DNA of 64,000 bases from an uncultured Verrucomicrobiae bacterium (GTDB lineage Bacteria; Chlamydiota; Chlamydiia; Chlamydiales; Rhabdochlamydiaceae), in NCBI GenBank assembly GCA_963813135.1, contig CAWEXY010000011.1, positions 160,001 to 224,000 on the forward strand. The letters run 5' to 3'. The position numbers and the translations under genes are program-made. Below the pieces are notes generated by a model. The model ran no database searches, was not told the origin of the DNA, and saw only the letters and a program-made list of their open reading frames with translations. Below, piece by piece: positions 32,036 through 41,462 of this stretch. Each line of letters opens with the position of its first letter. Position 1 is the stretch's first letter.

Positions 32036-32070
32036 TTTCGAGCATCCTATACACTGTTTCAAAAGACGAG

Positions 32071-32088
32071 TGTATCAAAATTGATACA
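32071..32088. promoter_or_regulatory. Palindromic operator upstream of the TA operon
   Basis: TGTATCAA-AA-TTGATACA, ~35 nt upstream of the toxin ATG. Confidence 0.65.
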
Positions 32089-32152
32089 TTTCAGGCAAAT
32101 AAAAATTGATTGTGCAGATCATTCTGGACTCATCCTAGATATCGAACGAATC

Positions 32153-32722
32153 TTAGAAACCAAATCCGTATGAGAAGGTGATTAGGGGAAGCAAAAGCCA
32201 TCGCTGGTGGCATAAATGTCCTCCCGTGAAATAATGGGGATTACTTGCAGCGTAGGTAGGAAAGCTTGTTTGGAATTGCCAAAATCTTGTCCCTCCTGAA
32301 CTCGTTTTGAACTGTTTCCCAAAGATAAATTCCGGCGAAAGGCATACACTCTGACCACTCAGCGTCCCTCCACTATTTCTCCAAGCACCTTTAAAAACTT
32401 CTATTTTGATCCAGCTAACTCCAAGGCCGATGCCCCAATAATACTCCCCCTCGAGATTGGGGTTGAAGTAATGCAAAAATGAGGCTGACGCCTTCGCTTG
32501 CGTGATAAGCTCTCCTAGACTCGCTACACGAAAAGAGAGGTCCAATCCATCATGATCCCATTGTTTTCTATAACCAAGCCCCAAAGCTGGAATGGGAATG
32601 ATGGGAACCTCAAACCCCACATCGACATATCCAAACGAATTCTCGATTGATTGTTGCGGCGCTGGTTCTTCAGCGCTCATTTGCGAACTGACTAGTAGTA
32701 AACAAAAAATAATTTTTTTCAT
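32153..32722 (-). CDS. Predicted outer-membrane beta-barrel protein
   Basis: Signal peptide MKKIIFCLLLVSSQMSA, alternating strands, C-terminal SYGFGF. Confidence 0.7.
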   Translation of the reverse strand: MKKIIFCLLLVSSQMSAEEPAPQQSIENSFGYVDVGFEVPIIPIPALGLGYRKQWDHDGLDLSFRVASLGELITQAKASASFLHYFNPNLEGEYYWGIGLGVSWIKIEVFKGAWRNSGGTLSGQSVCLSPEFIFGKQFKTSSGGTRFWQFQTSFPTYAASNPHYFTGGHLCHQRWLLLPLITFSYGFGF

Positions 32723-32846
32723 GTTTTCCCCTTTAGGCGTAACAATGGTCATTTTTTTCTTTTGTAATCCTTTTCGCGGTGAAAAACCAGAACTTTCTTA
32801 TCGGCGTCCTCGCTAGAGCCCCTGTGTTCATTTTCCCTATTTTTAT

Positions 32847-33725
32847 TCATTCTGGACCTCGATCTCCCCACGATAACTTGCGGCTGCGCTTGTAAATGTC
32901 TTTTTCTTTTTGCGCCACGGTTTTTTGTACGATTTTACCCTCAGTGCAGAGCGTCAGCTGCACATGCCCTTTGCCGATTTTAGGCGGTGCGACCAGCCGG
33001 GCACCTGTGGGAGGTCTTTTCTCCTTGCAGACGATCAGGTAGGAAAATTTCTCATCCTCAAATCCGAGTGTGCCGCTCTTGAGCTGCCGATGCAGCTTCG
33101 TGCGCTCCACGCGCGCTGGGAAATGGCACCAATCGCTGCCTTGCATCGGACAGGGAAGCTCATGCGGGCAGGGCGCCACGATGGAAGCGCCTTGCGACAA
33201 CAGCCATGTTCGCATGTGGATGATGCGGGCATATCCCGCCGGCGTTCCCGGTTCGATGAGCACGAGTATTTTCTTGGTTGCATTCCATGCGTCTTCTACG
33301 ACTTTATTGGCCTGGGGCATTTCTCCCAGGCTATAAGAGAGGAGGACGAGATCGTGAGGCTCGAGCGGGCAGGGAAGCCGCGCCTCTTTCCACACAACAG
33401 GATCTTGGACCTGTTCTTTCCCCAGTGCGATGAAGCGCGGATCGGCTTCGATCATGGTTCCTGTCTTGAGATGGGGGAACATCGACCGCGCCGCGATCCA
33501 TCCTGTTCCAGGTCCAGCTCCTAGATCGAGCATCGACTCGATAGGAAAAGCGCGGGCCTCTTGGAGCGCTCGAGTGATAGCCGCCAGCGTTGCCGGGAAA
33601 CGCACAGCCAGATAGGCGTAGTAGTGCCGATCCTCAGTCAGGTAAGGTTTTTTTCCGCTGCGGTAACGCTCGGACAGTTCTTCTGCCGCCTGGCGAAGTT
33701 GAGGCAAGGGGATTTTTTCTAACAT
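32847..33725 (-). CDS. Rsm22/METTL17-like SAM-dependent methyltransferase
   Basis: AYLAVRFPAT, LDLGAGPGTG, LIEPGTPAGY, APCPH..PCP...WCHF, EDEKFSY, WGD. Confidence 0.88.
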   Translation of the reverse strand: MLEKIPLPQLRQAAEELSERYRSGKKPYLTEDRHYYAYLAVRFPATLAAITRALQEARAFPIESMLDLGAGPGTGWIAARSMFPHLKTGTMIEADPRFIALGKEQVQDPVVWKEARLPCPLEPHDLVLLSYSLGEMPQANKVVEDAWNATKKILVLIEPGTPAGYARIIHMRTWLLSQGASIVAPCPHELPCPMQGSDWCHFPARVERTKLHRQLKSGTLGFEDEKFSYLIVCKEKRPPTGARLVAPPKIGKGHVQLTLCTEGKIVQKTVAQKEKDIYKRSRKLSWGDRGPE

Positions 33726-33749
33726 GGCCGGTATTTTAGCCTACAGAGA

Positions 33750-35354
33750 CTAATCTTCAAACGCCTTCATTAAGCTGGTCTTTGATTTCTTCAAAAAGAA
33801 GAGGGGAATGCAGCTAAGGAACGTGATAAAGCCTGCGATGAGGAGATTGTCGGCAATCGCTTGGATAAAAACATGATTCTCGATGCTCTGAATGATGATC
33901 TGCTGCGCTTGCATGGCAGCCGTAAGAGCGGAGCTGCCCGAATCCGTAAACGCCGATCCTTGCAGGCGAAGAACAACCTCCTCAAAGGCCGGCGAAGTCG
34001 GGTCGACGCTGAGACCATACATCGCGCTATGATAGGTTGCGCGAAGGGTGAAGATCGTTTCGAACACAGCCACGCCCATGGCGGCTCCGATCTGACGCTG
34101 CACGGTGAAAAGCCCCGTCGCTTGGGACATTTTTTCTTCGGGGATAGTGCTGAGCGTGATCGCCACGAGAGGCGCGAACATCAGCGCCATCGCGACACCC
34201 CGCCAGGCAAACAGCCACAAAATCTCAGACTTGCTCGTGTAGAGAGTAAAATCGGCATTGAAGTAGTAGGTAATCCCCAGCCCGACAATTCCAATGATCA
34301 CAAGAAGACGCGCAGGGACCCATCTAATGAGAAGACCCGAGACGGCGCCAAAGACACCCTGGGCAAGGCCCAGCGGTAAAAGCGCGAGACCTGTACTGAT
34401 CTTGGAGTAGCCGAGGCCATTTTGGAGGTAAAGCGGTAAAAGAAAGCTGGAGCCGAAGAGAGTAAAAGAAAAGATAAAGAGCACGAGATTTCCCAGGAAA
34501 AAATTCCGGTCGCGAAAAACATGGATATTCACGACAGGATGGGAGGTGTGAAGCTCGGTCCATACGAAAGCAAAGGCCCCAAAGATGGAGACGAAAAAGT
34601 AAGCGATCGTATACTTCGATGTCCAGCCCTCCGCATTCCAAGGAGCATTCCCGCTCGAGATGGCCACGATGAGAAAGACGAGAAAGACCGTGAGCCACAA
34701 AAATCCCCAAAAATCGAACTTTTCAAACTTTTTACCTTTCGTGGTTTTCAAAATCACCCAAGCAGCGGCCATCGTGAAAATACCAATGGGAACGTTGATG
34801 AAAAAGATCCAACTCCAATCCATTTTCTGTATGAGATATCCCCCCACTGTCGGCCCTAGAGATATCGCTGCTGCGATGGAAATAGAATAAAAACCCAGCG
34901 GGACAATCCGTTTTTCAGGAGGAAATTCCGTCGTGAATAAAATCATGCCCACGGGAGTTAAAATACCCCCGCCAATCCCTTGGATCACGCGGAAAGCGAT
35001 CAAAAAATGGAGATCCTTCGCGATGCCGCACAAATACGAGCTACCGATGAAAATGAGGAGGCCCAGCATATAGGCGCGCCTAGCGCCGACATGATCTGAA
35101 ATCCAACCCGAGACAGCCAGTAAAATGGAAAGGGCCACCAGATAAGCCGTGGACACCCAGACAACCTCGCTGATCGTTACTCCATAGGACGCCATGATGC
35201 TGGGGATGGCTACGTTGACGATCGTTCCATCGAGAATGACCATGAATGTCCCCATCATCACCGTGACGAGAACAAGCCACTTATAGACGTGATGATCAGG
35301 CCTTAGAGAATCAAAGATCTCCATGGCTCGGAGACGAAGAATACTCTCCCGCAC
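33750..35354 (-). CDS. emrB: DHA2 (EmrB/QacA) MFS efflux transporter
   Basis: GTFMVILDGTIVNVAIP, WV.TAYL, RVIQGIGGG, W.WIFFINVPIG. Confidence 0.88.
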   Translation of the reverse strand: MRESILRLRAMEIFDSLRPDHHVYKWLVLVTVMMGTFMVILDGTIVNVAIPSIMASYGVTISEVVWVSTAYLVALSILLAVSGWISDHVGARRAYMLGLLIFIGSSYLCGIAKDLHFLIAFRVIQGIGGGILTPVGMILFTTEFPPEKRIVPLGFYSISIAAAISLGPTVGGYLIQKMDWSWIFFINVPIGIFTMAAAWVILKTTKGKKFEKFDFWGFLWLTVFLVFLIVAISSGNAPWNAEGWTSKYTIAYFFVSIFGAFAFVWTELHTSHPVVNIHVFRDRNFFLGNLVLFIFSFTLFGSSFLLPLYLQNGLGYSKISTGLALLPLGLAQGVFGAVSGLLIRWVPARLLVIIGIVGLGITYYFNADFTLYTSKSEILWLFAWRGVAMALMFAPLVAITLSTIPEEKMSQATGLFTVQRQIGAAMGVAVFETIFTLRATYHSAMYGLSVDPTSPAFEEVVLRLQGSAFTDSGSSALTAAMQAQQIIIQSIENHVFIQAIADNLLIAGFITFLSCIPLFFLKKSKTSLMKAFED

Positions 35355-35357
35355 GAT

Positions 35358-36284
35358 CTACCTCGTTTTGATCTTGATTTGAACGGACATTCCTGGGCGC
35401 AAGTAAACACGATCGCTGTCTTTGGGGGCCTTGAAAGAGATCCGTAAGGGGATGCGCTGGGTCACCTTTGTAAAATTCCCCGACGCATTATTAGGAGGAA
35501 TGAGTGAAAACTGCGAAGCGGCCCCCGCTCCTATCATCTCAACTTTTCCTTCCAGCCAGAGATCGGGATAAGCATCGACCTTGATGATCACTGGATTCTC
35601 AAAGCGCAGCGATCGAATTTTTGTCTCTTCCAGATTCGCGCTGACCCAGACTTGAGACAAATCGAAGAGGGAAAAAACGGTTTGCCCTTGCTGGACAACA
35701 TCACCCGCAAAGTGCCACCTTTTAGCGATGACCCCATCGGATGCTGCCCTCACCTGCATCTGATCTAACTGCGTCTGAATCTGCTCCAACTGAGCTTGCT
35801 GCAAGACCACTAATGACGCGAGCGACTGGAGCTCTGCGCGTGTTATTTCCCAAGCCTTCTGCACATGGTCCATCGCTTCGGGAGAAATAACCCCCGCCTC
35901 AAACTCTTGGGCCGTGCGCTGCAGGTCCGACTGCGCCAGCTCCACCCGGAGATTTTGAAGGACTAGCTGGTCCTGAGCATTGCGGAGCGAGGCCTCTGCT
36001 TTCTTTTTTTCATCTTTAAGGAGCGTGTCGTCGACCCGGAAGAGCAGATCTCCTTTCTTGACCTGATCTCCCTCATCCACGAAAAGTTCGGTGATTTTTC
36101 CCCCATGCAGCGAACTGACAGAAATTTCCACGCCATCGATGTTCGCATCTTCGGTCGACACATAGGGAAAAACATAGAAACGCCACCACCAAAGACCAAT
36201 AAAAAAGATGATGATCAATGCGATGATGAAGCCGTAGATATTTTTCTTTTCCCGAAAAACAGAAGGAGTGGCGCCTATACCCAT
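35358..36284 (-). CDS. emrA: HlyD/EmrA membrane fusion protein
   Basis: VSTEDA, V.EGD.VKKGD.L, FSLIPPNNASGNFTKVTQRIP, LRPGMSV. Confidence 0.88.
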   Translation of the reverse strand: MGIGATPSVFREKKNIYGFIIALIIIFFIGLWWWRFYVFPYVSTEDANIDGVEISVSSLHGGKITELFVDEGDQVKKGDLLFRVDDTLLKDEKKKAEASLRNAQDQLVLQNLRVELAQSDLQRTAQEFEAGVISPEAMDHVQKAWEITRAELQSLASLVVLQQAQLEQIQTQLDQMQVRAASDGVIAKRWHFAGDVVQQGQTVFSLFDLSQVWVSANLEETKIRSLRFENPVIIKVDAYPDLWLEGKVEMIGAGAASQFSLIPPNNASGNFTKVTQRIPLRISFKAPKDSDRVYLRPGMSVQIKIKTR

Positions 36285-36312
36285 AATAGCGCACCATATT
36301 CAAAAATATTTT

Positions 36313-36969
36313 TTACATCAACGACCAATTTATGGGAGTCTTGCCCCACTGCTGCAAAAGAGCATTGGCCTTCGAGAAGTGGCGGCAGCCGAAGAACCCT
36401 TCCGCTGAATAAGGGGAGGGGTGGGCGGCCTGAAGGACCACATGGTGGGTTCCGATCAGCCTCTGACCCTTTTCTTGCGCCGACTTGCCCCATAATAGAA
36501 AGACGATCGGATCTTTCCTCTGCGCAAGGACATCGATCACAGCATCGGTGAACCGCTCCCACCCCTTATCATGGTGGGACTTGGGTTCGCCCGCCCGTAC
36601 GGTGAGCGTGGCGTTGAGGAGGAGGACCCCCTGATCGGCCCATTTCTCTAAACATCCATGCGAGGGGATAGGGACGCCCAGATCTCGATTCAGCTCGAGG
36701 AAAATATTTTTAAGCGAAGGGGGAGGTTTAACCCCCTGGGGAACGCTGAAAGACAACCCATGGGCCTGCCCCGCCCCATGATAGGGATCTTGTCCCACGA
36801 TGACGACCTTGACCTTATCATAGGGGGTGTGCGCAAAGGCATTGAAAACTAAATTCTCTGGCGGGTAGACAGCGCCCGTCTCTTGAGATAGAAATTTCTT
36901 GAGGTCGCCGATATAAGGCTTGGCAACCTCATCTTTTAATTTTTCATACCAACTTTTTTCAATTTTCAT
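36313..36969 (-). CDS. ung: Uracil-DNA glycosylase
   Basis: GQDPYH, AHGLSFS, GVLLLN, HPSP. Confidence 0.96.
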   Translation of the reverse strand: MKIEKSWYEKLKDEVAKPYIGDLKKFLSQETGAVYPPENLVFNAFAHTPYDKVKVVIVGQDPYHGAGQAHGLSFSVPQGVKPPPSLKNIFLELNRDLGVPIPSHGCLEKWADQGVLLLNATLTVRAGEPKSHHDKGWERFTDAVIDVLAQRKDPIVFLLWGKSAQEKGQRLIGTHHVVLQAAHPSPYSAEGFFGCRHFSKANALLQQWGKTPINWSLM

Positions 36970-36974
36970 GCCCA

Positions 36975-37003
36975 TTGACTTTTAGGGGGAATCCCCCTAC
37001 CAT
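36975..37003 (+). promoter_or_regulatory. sigma66-type promoter with a palindromic spacer
   Basis: TTGACT-17nt-TACCAT. TAGGGGGA-A-TCCCCCTA (36983-36999) fills the spacer and overlaps the -10. Confidence 0.6.
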
Positions 37004-37011
37004 AACTCCCT

Positions 37012-37266
37012 ATGAAAGACTTAGCTGAGAACAATTTAATCCGTTTCAAGAATATTTCTAAGAAAAAAGAGACGATGTACGCGAATTTCAAGGTGAAAGG
37101 GGTTCGTGCGGGGGTGAACTTTACAGCCTCTATTTCGGTCGACATTTCGGCTGCCGAGGTCCATCCTGGCGACGTTCTGGAGAAGATCATCGAAGAATGC
37201 GCCCGCATCGGCGTCAAAGAGTTCGCCAAGGCTGAGTTTCAATTTGAAGGTCTCAGTTCGATCTAG
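37012..37266 (+). CDS. Small conserved chlamydial hypothetical protein
   Basis: 84 aa, divergent from ung, with a canonical promoter immediately upstream. Confidence 0.7.
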   Translation: MKDLAENNLIRFKNISKKKETMYANFKVKGVRAGVNFTASISVDISAAEVHPGDVLEKIIEECARIGVKEFAKAEFQFEGLSSI

Positions 37267-37273
37267 ATTTTTC

Positions 37274-37348
37274 CTGGGTGTAGCGCAGACTGGCTAGCGC
37301 ACTTGCATGGGGTGCAAGGGGTCGTAGGTTCAAATCCTATCACCCAGA
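37274..37348 (+). tRNA. tRNA-Pro (GGG)
   Basis: CTGGGTG/CACCCAG acceptor stem, anticodon arm CTTGC-ATGGGGT-GCAAG, GGTTCAAATCC. CCA not encoded. Confidence 0.95.
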
Positions 37349-37352
37349 TTTT

Positions 37353-38240
37353 TTATGAAGGATCTTTTGTTTCATTATGCACAATGCCTGCCGCATCCTT
37401 AGGGTCAAGCATTAGAACTGGCTTGGATGTCTTAAGTCGTTTTTCTACTTTTTTTATGTGTTCAGCAGGAGGGATGTTTTCGGGTGGGGTACCACCAATC
37501 TTGGCAATAGCCGCTCTTACTTCTTTTCCAACTGCTTCATGAGCTTCAATGGCATCTCTCTGATTTTTGATGTTTTCACGTTTGAGCTTTTCTCTTGTTT
37601 GAGTCATTCGAAACTGGTTGGCCGCGAGCTCAGTTCTATCCATGCGATCCATTAGCTGTTCTTTAGGGTCAATCCCTTTGCGCGCTTTGATAGCATCGGA
37701 TCCAAGGCCTCCATATAGGCCTTTGTAGCCTGCGTCATGGAATATACCGAACATTTTATTTTGGACACCTGCATCTCGAGCGGCTCCTGAGAGGGCTTTA
37801 AAATCTTGAGAGGTTTGTTTGCGCAACTCTAGACGTTCTAAATCTGCAAGAGCGGCATCGGATAGTTCTTGTCGTCTAGTTTGGATGGCGAAATATTTCT
37901 GAGCATGGGCTATTTCCGTTTTTCTGGGGTCTCCGTTCTGGGCAATGAGATAGCAAGCGAAGCGCGAAAGATGATAATCCTCAACAACTTGCGATGATCC
38001 CTTGCCCCCAAGGATCGGTTTGCCGGCGCCGGCAAAGTGATGGCTTGGATCGTTACCAGATTGCTTACAAGATTCTATGGCTTTTTGAATGGCATTTTCA
38101 AATCGTCTCCACTGAGAATATCCCAGTGAAGGCTGAAGGTCTCTGGCGCTCCAGTATTCGATTCCGTGTTGGTTGACTTTTTTCAGATCTTCAAACGTAA
38201 GCTTGGGGAGAAGCGGGCTATAATCATCGTCTTTTTCCAT
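37353..38240 (-). CDS. dinD: DNA damage-inducible protein D (BRO-N domain)
   Basis: EYWSARDLQ..LGY..W..F, DYHLSRFACYLIAQNGDPRK, AQKYFAIQTRRQE, ELAANQFR.TQT. Confidence 0.88.
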   Translation of the reverse strand: MEKDDDYSPLLPKLTFEDLKKVNQHGIEYWSARDLQPSLGYSQWRRFENAIQKAIESCKQSGNDPSHHFAGAGKPILGGKGSSQVVEDYHLSRFACYLIAQNGDPRKTEIAHAQKYFAIQTRRQELSDAALADLERLELRKQTSQDFKALSGAARDAGVQNKMFGIFHDAGYKGLYGGLGSDAIKARKGIDPKEQLMDRMDRTELAANQFRMTQTREKLKRENIKNQRDAIEAHEAVGKEVRAAIAKIGGTPPENIPPAEHIKKVEKRLKTSKPVLMLDPKDAAGIVHNETKDPS

Positions 38241-39192
38241 ACGAACCCCAAAATTGGTAAAATTTAACAGAGTGTATTAAGAAAAAAGATTTTAAACAAC
38301 CCTCTGAAAATTTAGACACCGTCATTTTTATGCGCGGATTATTTAGGACGAAATCAATTCTTGGGGAGATGGGAATCATGCCTTCCTTAAGCGGAAGGAA
38401 AAGGGTCTGCACCAATGGCTGTGACGGATCAACCGCATATTGAGAAAAATCGGTTATTCCCGCCTCTCGCAACAAAGTTTCATCGATAAAAAATTGGCCG
38501 GTTGCTTCTCGAAATGTTCGCCGCACTAGTTCATAGGCCGCATCCGCCATAATAGAAGGCCAGCGGCTCCCTGCGTAGACTTGAGGAGAGAGATAATCCT
38601 TGAGCCTTGGCGTGGCGATATTCGTTTGAGGCCAAAGCGAATTGACCGCGATCCCAACATCCAAAAACTCTGCAGCCATCCCTCGTGTACATAAACTCAT
38701 CCCATATTTGCCGATGGAAAATGACAGATGGTCCCTTAGCCACTGTACTTCAAGATTAAGAGGAGGAGCGATATTAATGATGTGAGAATTAGCAGCCTCT
38801 TTTAGGTGTGGAAAGCAGAGTTTAGAAAGAAAAAAAGCAGCCCGCACACTCGTTGACATGATTAAATCGAACTGCTGGGTCGATGTGTGGAAAGTGTCGT
38901 TGAAACAGGGCGCGCTAGTATTATTCACCAAGATATCGATACCGCCAAAGCGGTCGACGGCCGCGCCAACGAGGTGCTTTAATTCATCTATATTGCCAAC
39001 ATCGATGTCGCGAAATAACACACTTCCGCCAGCGGACTCAATTTCTTCCACGGTTTCTTGCATTTGAGCAGCAGCGTCTTTGGATGCAATGACGATATTC
39101 GATCCATCGACCGCAAAGCGAAGAGCAATAGCCCGTCCAATTCCCTGGCCGGCCCCCGTGATTAAAATGGTCTTTTTATTCATTTCAGCCAT
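38224..39192 (-). CDS. SDR family oxidoreductase (HSDL2-like)
   Basis: ITGAGQGIG, FGGIDILVNN, KYGMSLC..GMA.EF...GIAVNSLWP. The last ~40 aa may be a frameshift artefact (alternative stop near 38343). Confidence 0.8.
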   Translation of the reverse strand: MAEMNKKTILITGAGQGIGRAIALRFAVDGSNIVIASKDAAAQMQETVEEIESAGGSVLFRDIDVGNIDELKHLVGAAVDRFGGIDILVNNTSAPCFNDTFHTSTQQFDLIMSTSVRAAFFLSKLCFPHLKEAANSHIINIAPPLNLEVQWLRDHLSFSIGKYGMSLCTRGMAAEFLDVGIAVNSLWPQTNIATPRLKDYLSPQVYAGSRWPSIMADAAYELVRRTFREATGQFFIDETLLREAGITDFSQYAVDPSQPLVQTLFLPLKEGMIPISPRIDFVLNNPRIKMTVSKFSEGCLKSFFLIHSVKFYQFWGSYGKRR

Positions 39193-39196
39193 ACAT

Positions 39197-39619
39197 TTAA
39201 AGAACAACCCCCAACACAAAAATTTTGTCGGGGTTGTTGTTTTGCGCTGTGAGCAAAAGAGGTAAAACAGAGAAAAAGAGGCTCGTCTTCGCCTTCACGC
39301 CCAGCCCCAAACCCCCTACCGCCGCCAAAGCCACCAAGAAACATAAGCCCTTATCAAGGGATGTATCATCGACCGCGAAGAGCTCGTTCCCCTTTTTCAT
39401 CAAAACAAGACAGACCACTTGAATCACCACAGCACAAACAGCTAAAGCGCCAGCTGTCAGGCCCGCCATTAGATTTCCCTTGGATAAAACCACCGTTACC
39501 GTAAAAGAATAAACAAAGCTGCTGACGGCGGCGTGTGCGGCATCGTGCGGAATGTGAGAGCTCAGCCAGCATTGCGCCGAGGAATACTGTGCGCTGCAGA
39601 AGTTTAATATGGACGTCAT
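39197..39619 (-). CDS. Hypothetical membrane protein
   Basis: ATG 39619. Several hydrophobic segments. The ORF extension to 39796 runs into the DnaA-box region and is unlikely to be translated. Confidence 0.55.
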   Translation of the reverse strand: MTSILNFCSAQYSSAQCWLSSHIPHDAAHAAVSSFVYSFTVTVVLSKGNLMAGLTAGALAVCAVVIQVVCLVLMKKGNELFAVDDTSLDKGLCFLVALAAVGGLGLGVKAKTSLFFSVLPLLLTAQNNNPDKIFVLGVVL

Positions 39620-39676
39620 GTGAGATGATTGTAAGTCAAAGAAAACCTGTTGTCGATATGCAAACTTGAGGTTGTT

Positions 39677-39835
39677 TGTGCATAACGTTGTTGATGGGCT
39701 GTTCGGAGCGGAGTTGTCAACATTTTCAACAACAAAAACATCGGTTATCAACAACGCAAAAGCTCTAGAGAAAATGGGGGTTATCAACAAGTCCACACCC
39801 TCTGAAGAAGAATAAAAATTAGAAGATTAAAATAG
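39677..39835. promoter_or_regulatory. oriC: Candidate replication origin (DnaA-box cluster + A-rich unwinding region)
   Basis: TGTGCATAA (39677), TTGTCAACA (39714), TTTTCAACA (39723), TTATCAACA (39745 and 39781), AAGTCCACA (39789), then CCCTC and A-rich triplets. Confidence 0.7.
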
Positions 39836-39865
39836 GACTGCTGCCTAGAATGGGCTTGGGTAGCT

Positions 39866-40523
39866 ATGAAAGATTTTTTCTCCCACTCTATTCTTTTCTC
39901 TAGAAGAGTTTATCCATAACGTGTTATTCGAAAAAGTCGATTTTGTCTGGGAAGCGTTGATCCGCCTCCTTCCTTATCTAGAGAAACAAAAACTGGGAAA
40001 AATCGAGAGCGCTATTGTTGAGGGTGTTCACTTGCAAGAGCGCGAAAAAATTACAATCGGGCCCGGATGTATCATTGAACCGGGCGCGTTTATTCAAGGT
40101 CCTTGCATCATTGGACCCAAAACAACCATCCGTCATGGGGCGTATATTCGTGGCGGCGTGATCACGGGCTCGGGCTGTGTTATTGGGCACGCCACCGAGA
40201 TCAAGCATGCGATTTTGCTAAATGACGCCAAGGCCGCGCACTTCAATTATGTGGGCGATTCGATCCTGGGGCGCGATGTGAACCTGGGCGCCGGAGCGAA
40301 GCTTGCGAATTTCCGCGCGGACCATCATGAGATCGTTATCCACAAAAAATTTCCCACAGGGCTGAAAAAACTCGGCGCCATCTTGGGCGACGGCGTTCAG
40401 CTGGGTTGTAACGCCGTCACCAATCCCGGCACCCTGATCGGCCCTCAGTCTTTTTGTCTTCCCTGCCTTAGCATTGGCGGGATTTTCCCCAAACAGAGTC
40501 AAATTCGGGAGTCTACATGGTAA
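39866..40523 (+). CDS. GlmU-like hexapeptide-repeat acyltransferase
   Basis: Left-handed beta-helix repeats, HFNYVGDSILG, NLGAG, KLGAILGD. ATG 39866 joins the frame if the T6 run at ~39874 is read as T5. Confidence 0.8.
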
Positions 40524-41407
40524 TGACACTAGAGAGCCCTAAAAGCTCGCACTTTTACTTTCTGCTCGACAAAATCGAACAAGAGATCGCCAAAAGCATT
40601 TTGAATTTGGGAGAAAAAACAAAGCTGCGCGACGCTTGCGAATATGCGCTGAAAGGAAGCGGCAAGCGGTTCCGTCCGCTGCTCGTCATGCTTACAGCGG
40701 AAGGTATTGGACAAGGTTATAATGTGTCGGAGGCTGCGATGGCTGTCGAATTTTTCCACACAGCCTCTCTCATCGCGGACGATCTTCCTTTAATGGACAA
40801 CGAAGAAGAGAGAAGAGGCCTTCCTTGCGTGCACAAGGTCTACGGCGAATCGATTGCGCTGCTGGCCACCTATGCTCTTATTTGCGCAGCCTTTGAAAAG
40901 ATTACCCAAAGCGGCGAAATGATGCGCAGCGCCGGCTATAATTCGGCCGATTATGCCACAACCCTGGCCATGCAGCACACCAGCCGCTGCGCGGGCATTT
41001 GCGGGGCTACAGGAGGCCAATATCTCGATCTATTCCCTCCCCAGCTGTCGCTCGATAACATCAAACAGATTATCTACAAAAAAACCGTTACCCTTTTTGA
41101 GGTGTCGTTTGTTTTGGGTTGGATTTTTGGGGGCGGGGACTTAAATCGTCTGGACATCGTCAAACGCGCGGCCCTTCATTTTGGCATGGCCTATCAGATC
41201 ATGGACGATTTAAATGATCTCGAGCAGGACGAGAAAAGTCAAAAACCGATCAATTTTGCGCGCTATGTAGGCAAAGAAAGATCGCTCTTTCTCTTTGAAG
41301 ATGAGCTTCGTATGTTTCAAAAGAGCCTGCAGCAGCTGGATCTTTTTACACCTTCATTTCAGAAGATGTCCGATATGCTCAACAAGCAGGTCGTGGATAG
41401 GTATTGA
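40517..41407 (+). CDS. ispA: Polyprenyl (geranyl/farnesyl) diphosphate synthase
   Basis: GKRFRP, HTASLIADDLP.MDN...RRG, GQYLDL, KT, YQIMDDL.D. Confidence 0.9.
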   Translation: MVMTLESPKSSHFYFLLDKIEQEIAKSILNLGEKTKLRDACEYALKGSGKRFRPLLVMLTAEGIGQGYNVSEAAMAVEFFHTASLIADDLPLMDNEEERRGLPCVHKVYGESIALLATYALICAAFEKITQSGEMMRSAGYNSADYATTLAMQHTSRCAGICGATGGQYLDLFPPQLSLDNIKQIIYKKTVTLFEVSFVLGWIFGGGDLNRLDIVKRAALHFGMAYQIMDDLNDLEQDEKSQKPINFARYVGKERSLFLFEDELRMFQKSLQQLDLFTPSFQKMSDMLNKQVVDRY

Positions 41408-41408
41408 G

Positions 41409-41456
41409 AGAGATTTTAACGCAAAGGATTCTGCGCCTTTGCGTTAAAAATCTTCG
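41409..41456. repeat. Shorter copy of the ACGCAAAGG REP-like palindrome between convergent ispA and recA (possible bidirectional terminator)
   Basis: AGAGATTTTAACGCAAAGG...CCTTTGCGTTAAAAATCTTCG matches the reverse complement of the 11712-11772 element, including flanks. Confidence 0.85.
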
Positions 41457-41462
41457 TTCTTC

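Noticed and set aside
39620..39796. Coding extension of the 199-aa minus-strand ORF
   Set aside because: It covers the DnaA-box cluster and has no RBS. ATG 39619 is preferred.
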